From the NCBI GenBank assembly GCA_963813075.1, contig CAWEXU010000005.1:148519-212518 (forward strand): DNA of 64,000 nucleotides, in the 5' to 3' direction. A program made the position numbers and the translations under genes. Each line of letters starts with the position of its first letter. The stretch's first letter is position 1. The notes under the pieces are model-generated. The model saw nothing but the letters and a program-made list of their open reading frames with translations, ran no database searches and was not told the origin of the DNA. This document shows, in pieces, positions 42,028 through 52,648 of this stretch. The stretch is from Methanotrichaceae archaeon. Lineage in GTDB: Archaea; Halobacteriota; Methanosarcinia; Methanotrichales; Methanotrichaceae.

Positions 42028-43467
42028 ATGTTTAGGGACCAGCGTTTGGGGGAGACAAGCCGTGACATTCTGGATTATCTGTCCAGCCGGGAGGCTGACC
42101 AGAGGATCTTTAAGGCCGATCTCCTGGTGGACAGAGCCCATCTTGTCATGCTGAAAGAAAAGGGCCTGATATCGGAAGAGGTTTACTCGAAGATCATTTC
42201 TGCTCTGGACGAGATCGGAGAGGGACTGCCCCTCGAGAGCGGAGAGGATATTCACGAGGCGATTGAGGCAGCAGTCATCGACCGGGTGGGTCCGGAGGGG
42301 GGGAGGATGCATACCGCCCGCTCTCGCAATGACGAGGTGGCAACATGCATCCGCCTGGCCCTGAGAGAGGAGATGCTGGAACTGATGGCCGAGGAGCTGG
42401 CCTATATCAGAACGCTGGTCCGTCTGGCGGCGGAGCATAAAGAGACCATCATCCCCGGGTTCACCCACACCCAGCATGCCCAGCCCACCACCCTGGCCCA
42501 TCACCTCCTGGCCCATTCTGATGCCGCTTTTCGCGACCTGGGACGACTGGAAGACGCCTACAGCAGAGTCAATCAGAATCCCCTGGGTGCGGCGGCCTTT
42601 GCCTCTACCGGCTTTGATATTGACCGGTCCAGGACAAGCGAGCTTCTGGGATTCGAGGGACTGGTGGAAAACAGCATGGATGCGGTCTCCAGCCGGGACT
42701 TCATCCTGGAGGTCATGGCTGCTCTCTCCATCATCATGATCAACTGCAGCCGCCTGGCCGAGGAGATGATCCTCTGGTCTACCACTGAGTTCGGCTATCT
42801 GGAGCTGGATAACCTTTATGCCTCCACCAGTTCCATCATGCCCCAGAAGAAAAATCCGGATACCGCAGAGCTGGCCCGCGCCAAGACCGGATCGACCATC
42901 GGCTCATTCATGGCCGCTTTATCCATCTGCAAGGCCCTGCCAATGAGCTACAACCGGGATCTTCAGGAGGTCACAGCTCACCTGTGGCGAAGCTTAGACT
43001 GGACGCGCAGCACCGTGAGGATCCTGGAGGGATCCATATCCACCCTCAAGTTCAATACCGAAAGGATGGAAGAATGCTCCGGCACGGGCTTTTCCACTGC
43101 CACCGAGCTGGCCGACTCCCTGGTGAGGATCACCGGTATGCCATTTCGCACCGCACACCGCATTGTGGGCCGGATCGCCGCCGGGAAAGATGTGCCGGGA
43201 TTGGCCCGGCTGGATGAGATCAGTCTGGAGGTCTGGGGATTCTCTGTCAGCGAGCGGGGTTTTTCCGAGAATGATCTATTGAGGGCAATCGATCCCAAGA
43301 GCAATGTGGCTCTGCGGGCGAACACCGGCGGTCCGGCGGCAGCAGAAACCGCAAGGATGATCCTGGAGAGGGAGAGGATGATCTCAGCTGAAAAGGAGCG
43401 TCTGGCCGGAATGCGAAGCCGGGTGGATGGAGCGATAGAGGTTCTGCTCTCTATAATGAAATCTTGA
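42028..43467 (+). CDS. argH: Argininosuccinate lyase
   Basis: EDIH, HTARSRND, GFTHTQHAQP, SSIMPQKKNPD, YNRDLQ. Confidence 0.97.
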   Translation: MFRDQRLGETSRDILDYLSSREADQRIFKADLLVDRAHLVMLKEKGLISEEVYSKIISALDEIGEGLPLESGEDIHEAIEAAVIDRVGPEGGRMHTARSRNDEVATCIRLALREEMLELMAEELAYIRTLVRLAAEHKETIIPGFTHTQHAQPTTLAHHLLAHSDAAFRDLGRLEDAYSRVNQNPLGAAAFASTGFDIDRSRTSELLGFEGLVENSMDAVSSRDFILEVMAALSIIMINCSRLAEEMILWSTTEFGYLELDNLYASTSSIMPQKKNPDTAELARAKTGSTIGSFMAALSICKALPMSYNRDLQEVTAHLWRSLDWTRSTVRILEGSISTLKFNTERMEECSGTGFSTATELADSLVRITGMPFRTAHRIVGRIAAGKDVPGLARLDEISLEVWGFSVSERGFSENDLLRAIDPKSNVALRANTGGPAAAETARMILERERMISAEKERLAGMRSRVDGAIEVLLSIMKS

Positions 43468-43502
43468 GTTAAATTGATCTGGAATTCAGAGGATATGCAA
43501 TC

Positions 43503-44402
43503 ATGAGTACACTGGTAACAGGCGGCGCGGGGTTCATCGGCTCGAATCTGGTGGAGGATCTCTTGCAGGCAGGCGAGGATGTGGTGGTCCTGGACAATAT
43601 GCACACCGGTAGCCTTGAGAACCTGACAGGTTTGGAAGGCCGCCTGGAGCTGATCAAGGGCAGCTGCAACGATCTATCCCGCCTGGACCTTCATCCCCAG
43701 AGGATCTACCACCTGGGAATACCATCATCCTCGCCCATGTACAAGAAGAATCCATATCTGGTGGGGGAGGCGATTAACGGCTTTGCCTCGGTCTTCGAAC
43801 TGGCCCGAAGGTCGGGATCGCCGGTGATCTATGCCTCCTCTTCATCCCTTTATAGCGGCCTTATCCCTCCTCACCGCGAGGACATGGCCATCCAGGTGAC
43901 CGACTACTACACCGAAGCCCGGCTGGCCATGGAGAGGTTGGCACAGCTTTATCAGAGGCTTTACGGCATCCGATCGGTGGGCTTGAGGTTCTTTTCCGTC
44001 TACGGTCCCAGGGAAGGGGCAAAAAAGCATTATGCCAACATGGTCACCCAGTTTCTCTGGGAGATGAAAGCGGGCAGAAGGCCGCTGGTATACGGCGATG
44101 GCAGCCAGACCAGGGATTTCACTTATGTTCTGGATGTGGTGCGGGCAATGCGGCTGGCCATGAATTCAGACTACCACGGGATACTGAATGTGGGAACGGG
44201 CGAATCCTATAGCTTCAAAGAGGTGATAGAGCTCTTGAACCGGATGATGGATCTGTCCCTGGAGGCGCAGTACACCGAAAACCCCATAAAAAACTATGTC
44301 ATGCACACTCTAGCTGATACCTCCAAGGCGGAAAGGACGATTGGATTCAGATCGAGGTTCGGCCTGAAAGAGGGGATGGAAGAGATGATCCGGTTCTACT
44401 GA
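43503..44402 (+). CDS. NAD-dependent epimerase/dehydratase
   Basis: TGGAGFIGS, ASSSSLY, YTEAR at the YxxxK position, GDGSQTRDF. Confidence 0.92.
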   Translation: MSTLVTGGAGFIGSNLVEDLLQAGEDVVVLDNMHTGSLENLTGLEGRLELIKGSCNDLSRLDLHPQRIYHLGIPSSSPMYKKNPYLVGEAINGFASVFELARRSGSPVIYASSSSLYSGLIPPHREDMAIQVTDYYTEARLAMERLAQLYQRLYGIRSVGLRFFSVYGPREGAKKHYANMVTQFLWEMKAGRRPLVYGDGSQTRDFTYVLDVVRAMRLAMNSDYHGILNVGTGESYSFKEVIELLNRMMDLSLEAQYTENPIKNYVMHTLADTSKAERTIGFRSRFGLKEGMEEMIRFY

Positions 44403-44439
44403 GGCCGGCCAATACCGGCAAATCAGAATTTTTGCAGCC

Positions 44440-45156
44440 ATGAATCTATTATCTTTATACCATAACGTCGATTTACTGAATCGCAAGACCGTACTGGACC
44501 TGATCGAGGTGAACGAGAGGGCGAAGATCCTGGATTTGGGGTGCTCTGATGGCCAGTTTGCCCTGAGGATCGCCGAGAAGGCGGGAACATTTGACATCTT
44601 CGGCATCGAGTTTTTAAAGGAGGCTGCGCAGCAGGCCAGAGACCGGGGAATAGGAGTCTGCCAGGCGGACCTGAACCGGACCCTGCCCCTGGCAAGGGAA
44701 TGCTTCGATGTCGTTCATGCCAATCAGGTCATAGAGCACCTGTCAGAGACTGACCGGTTCATCAAAGAGATTTATAGAATTCTCAAGCCCGGCGGTTATG
44801 CTGTTATATCCACCCCCAATCTGGCCAGCCTGCATAACATCTTCTCTTTAATTTTGGGAAAGCAGCCATTTGCTGCCCATGTGAGCAACGAGGTGATTGT
44901 GGGAAACTCTCTTGACCCCAAATGCGGAATGCGCCATCTTAGCCGGGGGGAGGTTCATCTGAGGATCTTCACATCAGAATCTTTCAGAGATCTGTTCCGC
45001 TACCATGGATTTGAGGTGGAGCAACTTGTCGGAGTTGGGTACTACCCCTTTCCCTGTCATTTGGCCTCTGTTCTCTCCAGGCTGGATAAGACTCATTCCG
45101 TCTATCTGACAATGAAAGCGCGCAAATCTGCGAAAATGAGCCAGGAGCGGATTTGA
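44440..45156 (+). CDS. Class I SAM-dependent methyltransferase
   Basis: ILDLGCSDG, FDVV..VIEH, LKPGG..STPN. Confidence 0.9.
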   Translation: MNLLSLYHNVDLLNRKTVLDLIEVNERAKILDLGCSDGQFALRIAEKAGTFDIFGIEFLKEAAQQARDRGIGVCQADLNRTLPLARECFDVVHANQVIEHLSETDRFIKEIYRILKPGGYAVISTPNLASLHNIFSLILGKQPFAAHVSNEVIVGNSLDPKCGMRHLSRGEVHLRIFTSESFRDLFRYHGFEVEQLVGVGYYPFPCHLASVLSRLDKTHSVYLTMKARKSAKMSQERI

Positions 45157-45211
45157 TAAGGGTGCATGCATCGCAAAGAGGGATATTCGCAGGACACATA
45201 AGGCCGGTGAC

Positions 45212-46312
45212 ATGAGAATAATGCAGACCCCGGTCAGGCTCTTTGCCACCGGCGGAGTGGAAAGCTATGTTCGCAACCTATCCCGAGAGCTTGTCTGTAT
45301 GGGGCATGAGGTAGGGGTGATCTGCGCGGACGGGCCGGGGGAAAACGAGGTCGATCCGCGCATCCAGACAAAAAAACTGAAAAGCTGGGGAAAGGTTGCC
45401 AATACCAGCATCACCCCAGATCTGCCAATAGCCCTGCATAGAGAGGACTATGATATCCTTCACACTCATCTTCCTACTCCCTGGAGCGCAGACTGGAGCG
45501 GCCTGGTCTCACGCTTAAAGAAAAAGCCCTTTGTCCTGACATACCATAATGATATAATGGGTGAGGGATGGGCGGGAAAGATTGCCCAGCTCTATAATAG
45601 AACCGCTCTGAAGCTGCTCCTGAGGTCTGCGGGCAGCATCATTGTGACCAGGAACCAATATGTATCGCCATATCTTGAGGAATATGCCGGGAAGGTCTTC
45701 TTCATACCCCTGGGGATAGATGTCCAGGCCTTCAGGCCCCAGGCAGCTCCACTGAAAGGCGACATATTCTTCCTCAGCGTCCTGGATGAGTTCCATCGGT
45801 ACAAAGGGCTGGAGGTCCTCTTTGCTGCCCTGAAGATCATAAAGCAGCAACTGCCTGATGTACTGCTGGTGGTGGGTGGAAGGGGTAGCATGCTCGACTA
45901 TTACCGGCAGTTGGCCGGCTCTCTGGGAATCGGAGACAATGTGATCTTCGCTGGTTTTGTCCCCTCTGAGAAGCTCGCTGAGTACTACAATGGCTGCAGG
46001 CTCTTTGTCCTCCCCTCCACCGATCCCAGGAGGGAGGGTTTTGGGATCGTTCCCCTGGAGGCGATGGCCTGCAAAAGGCCGGTGGTTGTCACCGAGATCA
46101 TGGGCATGGCCGGGGACATAAAAGAGTATGGAGCAGGAATGGTGACAAGATGCAACGATACAGAGGGCCTGGCCCTGTCCATCCTCACCATCCTGAAGGA
46201 TGATGACCTGGCAGAAAGGATGGGGGCAGAGGCGAGAAAGCTTGCCATTGAGAAGTACAGCTGGACTGGAGCGGCAGAGCAGATTGAAAGGGTCTACCGG
46301 GAATTGCTCTAA
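45212..46312 (+). CDS. Glycosyltransferase family 4
   Basis: GGVE, YKGLEVL, EGFGIVPLEAMAC. Confidence 0.92.
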   Translation: MRIMQTPVRLFATGGVESYVRNLSRELVCMGHEVGVICADGPGENEVDPRIQTKKLKSWGKVANTSITPDLPIALHREDYDILHTHLPTPWSADWSGLVSRLKKKPFVLTYHNDIMGEGWAGKIAQLYNRTALKLLLRSAGSIIVTRNQYVSPYLEEYAGKVFFIPLGIDVQAFRPQAAPLKGDIFFLSVLDEFHRYKGLEVLFAALKIIKQQLPDVLLVVGGRGSMLDYYRQLAGSLGIGDNVIFAGFVPSEKLAEYYNGCRLFVLPSTDPRREGFGIVPLEAMACKRPVVVTEIMGMAGDIKEYGAGMVTRCNDTEGLALSILTILKDDDLAERMGAEARKLAIEKYSWTGAAEQIERVYRELL

Positions 46313-46314
46313 AG

Positions 46315-47286
46315 ATGGAATTGATAAGCGTAATCGTGCTGAATTATAATGGCAGAGGATTTCTGGACGGCTGCCTCTCATCTCTGGCCTCCCAGAGCTA
46401 TTCAGGCTTTGAAGTGGTAGTGGTGGATAATGGATCTATTGACGGCAGTTGCGAATATATAGAGGCGAATTATCCCTGGGTCAGGCTGGTTAAAAACGAT
46501 GAGAACCTGGGGTTTGCCGGGGGGACCAATGCCGGGATCAGGGCGGCAAAAGGGGACTATATCCTCACCCTGAATAACGATACCAGGGCAGACAGTCGGT
46601 TCATAGAGGAATTGATCCGTCCCATGGCCGATCCCAGGGTAGGCGTATGCGCCGCCAAGATGCTGTTTCCTGATGGGCGCATCAACTCCGCCGGGATATG
46701 TGTCTCCCGCAGCGGAGCGGCCTGGGACCGGGGAATGTTCGAGCCGGATCGAGGGCAGTACGATTCGGTGGAGGAGGTATTTGGTGCCTGTGCGGGAGCG
46801 GCCCTCTACCGGAAAAAGATGCTGGATGATATCGGATTGTTCGACGAGGATTTCTTTTTATACCTGGAGGATGTGGACCTGGCCATGCGAGCCCGTCTGG
46901 CCGGCTGGAAGTGCATATACGTGCCCCGGGCTAAAGTCGTTCACCACCATGGAGGTACTGCCGGAGTGGGATCGGATCTGGCGGTCTATTATGGCAACAG
47001 GAACATCCTCTGGTATCCGGTCAAGGATTTTCCTCTCATTCTTCTGATCACCTCTCTGCCTTTTATCCTGGGCAGAAATCTGGCAACGATTCCCTACTAT
47101 GCTCTGCGCGGTCAGGGCAGGGTCATCCTTAAATCGAAGCTCGATGCTCTGAGGGGTCTGCCAAAGATGCTGAGAAAGAGAAAGAGATGTGGTGCGGCAG
47201 GATATTCCGGAGATAAGAGTTCGCAGATTTATCTATCGCTGGGCAGAGATCAAGAGGCATTAGAAATGTGGATTTGTAGAGTATAG
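46315..47286 (+). CDS. Glycosyltransferase family 2 (C-terminus possibly frameshifted)
   Basis: VIVLNYN, VDNGSID, NLGFAGGTN, LNND, FDEDFFLYLEDVD. Confidence 0.92.
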   Translation: MELISVIVLNYNGRGFLDGCLSSLASQSYSGFEVVVVDNGSIDGSCEYIEANYPWVRLVKNDENLGFAGGTNAGIRAAKGDYILTLNNDTRADSRFIEELIRPMADPRVGVCAAKMLFPDGRINSAGICVSRSGAAWDRGMFEPDRGQYDSVEEVFGACAGAALYRKKMLDDIGLFDEDFFLYLEDVDLAMRARLAGWKCIYVPRAKVVHHHGGTAGVGSDLAVYYGNRNILWYPVKDFPLILLITSLPFILGRNLATIPYYALRGQGRVILKSKLDALRGLPKMLRKRKRCGAAGYSGDKSSQIYLSLGRDQEALEMWICRV

Positions 47287-48029
47287 GGAGCTTATAAAAA
47301 TCCTCACCATCAGCGATCTGAAGGTGAAGTACCAGAGTTCGGTTTTGGGATTTGCCTGGTCTACTGCTGAATCCCCTTCTGCTGATGCTAATCCTCTATC
47401 TCGTATTCTCCAATGTATTCAGGGCGACAGAGGATCACTTTGCTCTTTACCTTCTGATAGGGGTGATAAGCTGGCGCTTTTTTGCCAATGGAACCACATC
47501 AGCCATGAACGCCATTGTAAGCAAACTCGAGCCTGGTGACAAAGATCTTCATCCCCAGAGAGGTGCTGGTTCTGAGCACAATTCTGTCTGCTCTTATAAG
47601 CTCGCTGCTGGAGTTCTTGGTGCTAATCCCTTTTCTCATCGTGCTTGGCGCAGGACTATCACCGTATATACCTTTATTTCTCATAATTCATGCCATTTAT
47701 TTCCTTATAGTCTATGGAATAAGCCTGATCCTTGCAGCTCTTTATGTCTATTATCGAGATCTCACTCAGATCTGGAATGTGATCATCCAGATGGGGTTTT
47801 TCCTCTCGCCGATTGTGTATCCGTTATCTGCAGTTCCGGCTGAATATATGGATTATTATATGCTAAATCCAATGACCAGAATAATTCAGATGTACCGCGA
47901 GGTTCTGCTGTATCACCAACTTCCTCCTCTGGGACTATTGCCTTCACCCTTTCGGCAGGGCTTTTTATCGCGATTATTGGCTCATACATATTTCACCGGC
48001 TAGAACGCAGATTCGCGGAGGAGATCTGA
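47266..48029 (+). CDS. wzm: ABC-2 polysaccharide export permease, several frameshifts
   Basis: YRELI..DLKVKYQSSVLGFAWS/LLNPL, KIFIPRE, YYRDL, FFLSPIVYP, LNP and FAEEI* spread over three frames. Confidence 0.85.
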
Positions 48030-48074
48030 TTGCTGCTTCAAGGATTCAGACGGCCCAGGTTCACAAGAGACAAA

Positions 48075-48640
48075 TTGGAACTTGGCAACAATGCCGTTGT
48101 TGTTGAGGGCCTTTCGAAGAGGTTTCGAATACCTCAAGAAAAGAAGCGCACGGTTTATGAGAACTTGATCGGTCTATTCCAGGGAAGAGCCGGCAACTAT
48201 GAGGAGTTCTCCGCCCTTAATGATGTGAGCTTTTCCGTCAAGCGAGGCGAGACCTTTGGAGTGATTGGCCCAAATGGCTGCGGCAAGAGCACTCTTCTCA
48301 AGGTTTTGGCTGGTGTGCTGTATCCGGATGATGGACGGGTCATGATTAACGGGAAGATCGCGCCGTTTCTCGAGTTGGGTGTGGGATTCCAGCCGGAGCT
48401 TTCCGCCAGGGATAATGTATACCTTTATGGTGCCATCATGGGACTGACTGGCAAGGAGGTGAGCCGCCGTTATGAGGAGATCATGGACTTTGCTGAGTTG
48501 AAACGCTTTGAGAATATGAAATTGCGCAACTTCTCCTCGGGCATGTATGTGCGGCTGGCCTTTGCTACAGCGATTCATACTGATCCGGAGATTATGCTGG
48601 TGGACGAGGTTCTCTCTGTGGGTGACGAGGCCTTCCAGAA
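48075..48640 (+). CDS. wzt: ABC polysaccharide export ATPase, truncated at the junction
   Basis: [47 protein letters not shown], then an abrupt loss of similarity. Confidence 0.9.
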
Positions 48641-48650
48641 TTCAGCTATC
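48631..48650. other. Archaeal/bacterial sequence junction (probable chimeric join)
   Basis: Both flanking genes are cut mid-domain, GC content and codon usage change abruptly, and GAATTC lies at 48638-48643. Confidence 0.9.
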
Positions 48651-49825
48651 CGCCCAAGGACTACGCCAAGTGGGGCGAGCTTTGCCATCAGTGGGCCAAA
48701 CACTGCGTCGAGAAATACGGGCGCGCGGAGGTCGAGCGGTGGTGGTGGGAGGTCTGGAACGAGCCCAATATCTCCTACTGGAAAGGCACGCGCCAGGAGT
48801 ACTTCAAGCTCTACGATTATGCGGTGGAAGGCGTGCGGCGTGCCCTGCCCAGCGCGCGCGTGGGCGGACCGCACACGGCGGGCGGGGCGGGCGGGACATT
48901 CCTGCGGGGGTTCCTGGAGCACTGCCTGCGCGGCACCAACTATGTGACAGGGCGCGTGGGCTCGCCGCTGGATTTCGTGGCCTTCCACGCCAAGGGCAAT
49001 CCGAGGTATGCCGACGGCCATGTGCGCATGGGCATCAGCGCCCAATTGAAGAATGTGGATGATGGCTTCGCTACCGTGGCGGCGTTCCCGGAGCTGAAAG
49101 ACAAGCCGGTGGTCATTGGCGAGTCCGATCCAGAGGGCTGCGCCGCCTGCCGCGGGCCGCAGCTCGGCTACCGCAATGGCACCATGTATTCCAGCTACAC
49201 CGCCGCCAGCTTTGCGCGCAAGCTCGACCTGGCGGCCCGGCACGGCGTGAACTTCCAGGGCGCGTTGACCTGGGCCTTTACCTTCGAGAACCAGCCGCTC
49301 TTCGCCGGATTCCGCCAACTGGCCACGGGCGGCATTGACCTGCCCGTGCTCAATGTCTTTCGCATGTTCAGCCAGATGGACGGCCGGCGCCTACCCGCGC
49401 GCAGCACCCTGGACGCCGGGGTGGACAACATGGCCAGCGCGGGCGTGCGCGGGACAGCCGACGTCTCCGCCCTGGCCTCCCTCGGCGAGCGCCGCATGGC
49501 CGTTCTCGTCTGGCACTACCACGACGACGACGTGCCCGGCCCGTCGGCCGATGTCGATCTCGTGCTGCGCCGCCTGCCCTTCTCGGAGCGGAACGTCAAA
49601 GTCAGCCACTACCGGGTGGACGCGGACAACAGCAACGCCTACACGGTCTGGAAGAGCATGGGCTCGCCGGCCGCGCCCAGCCCGGAGCAGTACCAACAAC
49701 TGGAGAAAGCCTCGGCACTGGCGCTGTTGTCCACGCCCAACACAGTGCGGGTGCAGGATGCCCAGGCGCGCCTGCAATTATCGCTGCCGCGTCAGGGCGT
49801 GTCGCTGTTGGTGCTGGAATGGTGA
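48641..49825 (+). CDS. GH39 beta-xylosidase-like glycoside hydrolase, N-terminus missing
   Basis: Open from 48641: FSYPPKDYAKWGEL..WWWEVWNEPNISYW..VGGP..FHAKG..IGESDPEGCAAC; in-frame stop at 48623 in the archaeal sequence. Confidence 0.9.
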   Translation, partial: FSYPPKDYAKWGELCHQWAKHCVEKYGRAEVERWWWEVWNEPNISYWKGTRQEYFKLYDYAVEGVRRALPSARVGGPHTAGGAGGTFLRGFLEHCLRGTNYVTGRVGSPLDFVAFHAKGNPRYADGHVRMGISAQLKNVDDGFATVAAFPELKDKPVVIGESDPEGCAACRGPQLGYRNGTMYSSYTAASFARKLDLAARHGVNFQGALTWAFTFENQPLFAGFRQLATGGIDLPVLNVFRMFSQMDGRRLPARSTLDAGVDNMASAGVRGTADVSALASLGERRMAVLVWHYHDDDVPGPSADVDLVLRRLPFSERNVKVSHYRVDADNSNAYTVWKSMGSPAAPSPEQYQQLEKASALALLSTPNTVRVQDAQARLQLSLPRQGVSLLVLEW

Positions 49826-49831
49826 CGGATC

Positions 49832-52560
49832 CTACCGAGGGAGGCTGTCACGCTGCAGGACGGCCTGAACGATGGCGTCGGCCAGGGCTTTCATCCCCTT
49901 GTCGCCCGGGTGCCCGGCGACGCCATCGTGCGTGAAGGATCGTTCCGAACGCGCGGCGTTGGCGGCCTCGCGGCCGAGCGGGCCGGCGTCGACGAAAATG
50001 CCGTCCGGCTTCCTGACAGGCCTGGCGGAGCACCTCGTCCTTGGCGGCATCGGCCCAGAAACAACTGCGCACCACCACCAGCGGATGGCGTTTCGCCAGG
50101 GCGCATCTCAGGATGTTCATCACCCCGGCCTTGAATTGCGCCTTGGCGTCCTCGGAGTCCAGCGCCGGCACATTCTCGCCGATGGCCAGAACCACCAGGT
50201 CGGGGTCGAACGCGAAGAGGTCCTTCATTTGCCGCGTCCACGTCATAGGTCGCGTAGTTGCGCTCGAAATCCGCAATGTTCCTGACCATGATCTGGGGCG
50301 TCGACCCGGTATGCTGGGCGAGGGCGCCGGTGACGAGATGGACGTAATCCTTGTCCTCGGAACTGGCCGCCATGCCCCAGTTCCCGGTCCAGCCGATATC
50401 CGCTTTGGGGCCGTGCAAGGTGATGCTGTTGCCCAGGAAGAGAATCCGGCGGATGGCCGAGGGCTTGACCTCCGGCTCGGCCGTGACCGGAAACATGGAG
50501 ATCCGGAACTTGGTGCAGCCATAGGGGATGAGCGTGACTGGCTCCGGCCGGTTTCGACCTGGCGGCCGGCAGCAGCGGCAGCCGGGGGGCTTTCGGGTCG
50601 GGATTCCAGGCGACCTCGACCGCATTGGCCCGCAGCTTCAGGGGCGCCGCCAGCGGCCAGTCCCATCGGGCGGGCATCGCCGCGCGCTCGACCGTCAAGC
50701 CGGGCTCCTGCACGTCCAGCGCGAACTTCCACCGGGCGGAGGGATCGGGCGTGTTGGCGTCCGTGGTGTCCGGGATGGGCAGCGCGAAGAGCAGCGGGCC
50801 GTAGGAGACCGAGGCGTAGGGCACGCCCCGGGTGCTGTTCTCCTCCGGGATCGTCACCGGCGTGGCTCGATGCGCGCCGTCGTAGGGCGGGCCCGACGCG
50901 GCATCGCGTCCCGTCTGCACGCGTGGCGGTCATCGGCAGGTGCAGCCGGACGGTGTCGCCCGGCTTCCAGGTCCGGTTGACGCGCGCGAAACCCTCTGGC
51001 GTTCCGCTCGACCGCGACGGCGGAGCCGTTCACGCTCAGGGTGGGAGCCGCGCACCAGCCGGGAATGTGGAAGTCGAGCGGGAAGGCCGCCTCCCGCGCG
51101 GGCTGCACGGAGATCTCGATGGTTTCGTTGAAGGGATAGTCGGTCTTGCAGGCGATCACGACCGGCACGCGGTCGGCCACCAGCGCCGTCACCTTGCAGG
51201 GGCCGTAGCAGGTCGCCGCCAGGCCGTTGTCGTAGGTGGCCATCCACATGTGCGTGACATACCACGGCACGATGCGGTTGAGCGCGGCGGTGCAGCAGAG
51301 CGGCGAGTGCTTGCGCTGATAGGCGCCGCCACCGGCCCTGCGGCCCGTGCGGGAAGTCCGGCGACAGGTTGGCGAACCGGTTGGGGCTCTGGAAATAGAC
51401 GTGGGTCTTGAAATCGCGCGACACCGTGGCCGGCCCCGCGTTGAAGAACGCCCGCTCGAGCCCGGTCCGCCATCCGGCCTTCGCCGGTCACGGCGAGCAG
51501 GCAGACCTGGCTCCACACGTATCCCGCCACATCGCAGGTCTCGCTGCCCCGGAACGCGCCCGTGGGACCATACCACTCGTCGGAGACCGGCACGCCGTGG
51601 GGCTGCATGGCGACGCGCTCCAGCAGGTCGTGCCAGCCGACGGCCGCCTGGAGGTAGCGCGCGTCGCCCGTCCACAGATAGCCCACGGCCCAGGGCGTGG
51701 TGCTTTCGATGAATTCGACCACGTGGGCGTTGTCCACCGTCGTGCCCGGCTTCAGGTCCGGCGCCTTGCGGTAGCGGTTCAGACTCGGCAAGAGCGCCGC
51801 CGCCTTCCTGCTTGAACATGGCGTCCAGCGCCGTCGGCGATGCCCGGGTTGCCCGTCCAGCAGTAGGTGTCAAAAGCCGGCCACGGATTCGACAGGTTGC
51901 CGGTGATCGACCGCAGACAGTCGGGGTCTGCGCCGTAGGCCTTCTCGAGCGCCTCCAGAATGTGCTTGTCGCCCGACCCGGCGTAGAATCCCGTCATGGC
52001 GCGCCCCAGCAGGCCGCAGGCCCAGAGCGGCCAGCCCTCCAAGGCGGCGGTGACCGCCTTCCGGTCGTCGGGATTGTTCCGGTCGAGCCACCAGAGGAAG
52101 AGCAGGCCGTTGGTGTTCATGTGGTCGGCCACGGCGTAGAGCCGCCGTCTTCGCCTGCTGCGATCAGCGCCTCGTCGTGCAGGGCGTAACCCAGGCGGGC
52201 CAGGCCGTCGAACCAGTAGCCGCCCCCTTCGTAGGGCCAGGCGCCCTTGTACCAGAAGAGTCCTTCACCGGTCATCTTGTGGTCGGGAGCCCAGGCCCGC
52301 TTGAACTCGTCGTCATACTCGTCCATGTGGCCGGTGAAGCCGTCCCGCGCGGCCAGGCACCAGTCGCGCAGCCAGCCGGCGGGTTCCACCGCGCCGGGAG
52401 GCAGCGGGAGGAACGCCGGACGCGTCGGCGGCTCAAAGGGCCGCGCGTAGTTGACCCGGTTGGAGGCGGCCGGGGTCGCTGGCGAAGCTGCTGAGGCCGT
52501 GTTCCAGCTCGAAGCCGCCGCGGCGAGAACGAGAGCCAATTCCAGAGATGCGCGCTTCAT
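49832..52560 (-). CDS. Secreted GH127/GH146-like beta-L-arabinofuranosidase fused to C-terminal SGNH hydrolase; many frameshifts
   Basis: Signal peptide; LPPGAVEPAGWL, WPYE..YW.DG, SETC, PLCC, TDYPF, GPLLFAL, LIPYGCTKFRI; then in frame FLGNSIT..IGEN..HPGDKGM. Confidence 0.78.
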
Positions 52561-52648
52561 GTTGAGATGTTTTGCTCTTGGCCAGAATCGCGGCGATCGA
52601 CCCGCCATGCCGTGTCGATGCTCCGCAGCTGTCCGCGATCCGCGAAGT

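Noticed and set aside
48030..48947. 305-aa ORF as a novel ABC ATPase fusion
   Set aside because: The C-terminal part is out-of-frame read-through into the GH39 sequence past the junction.
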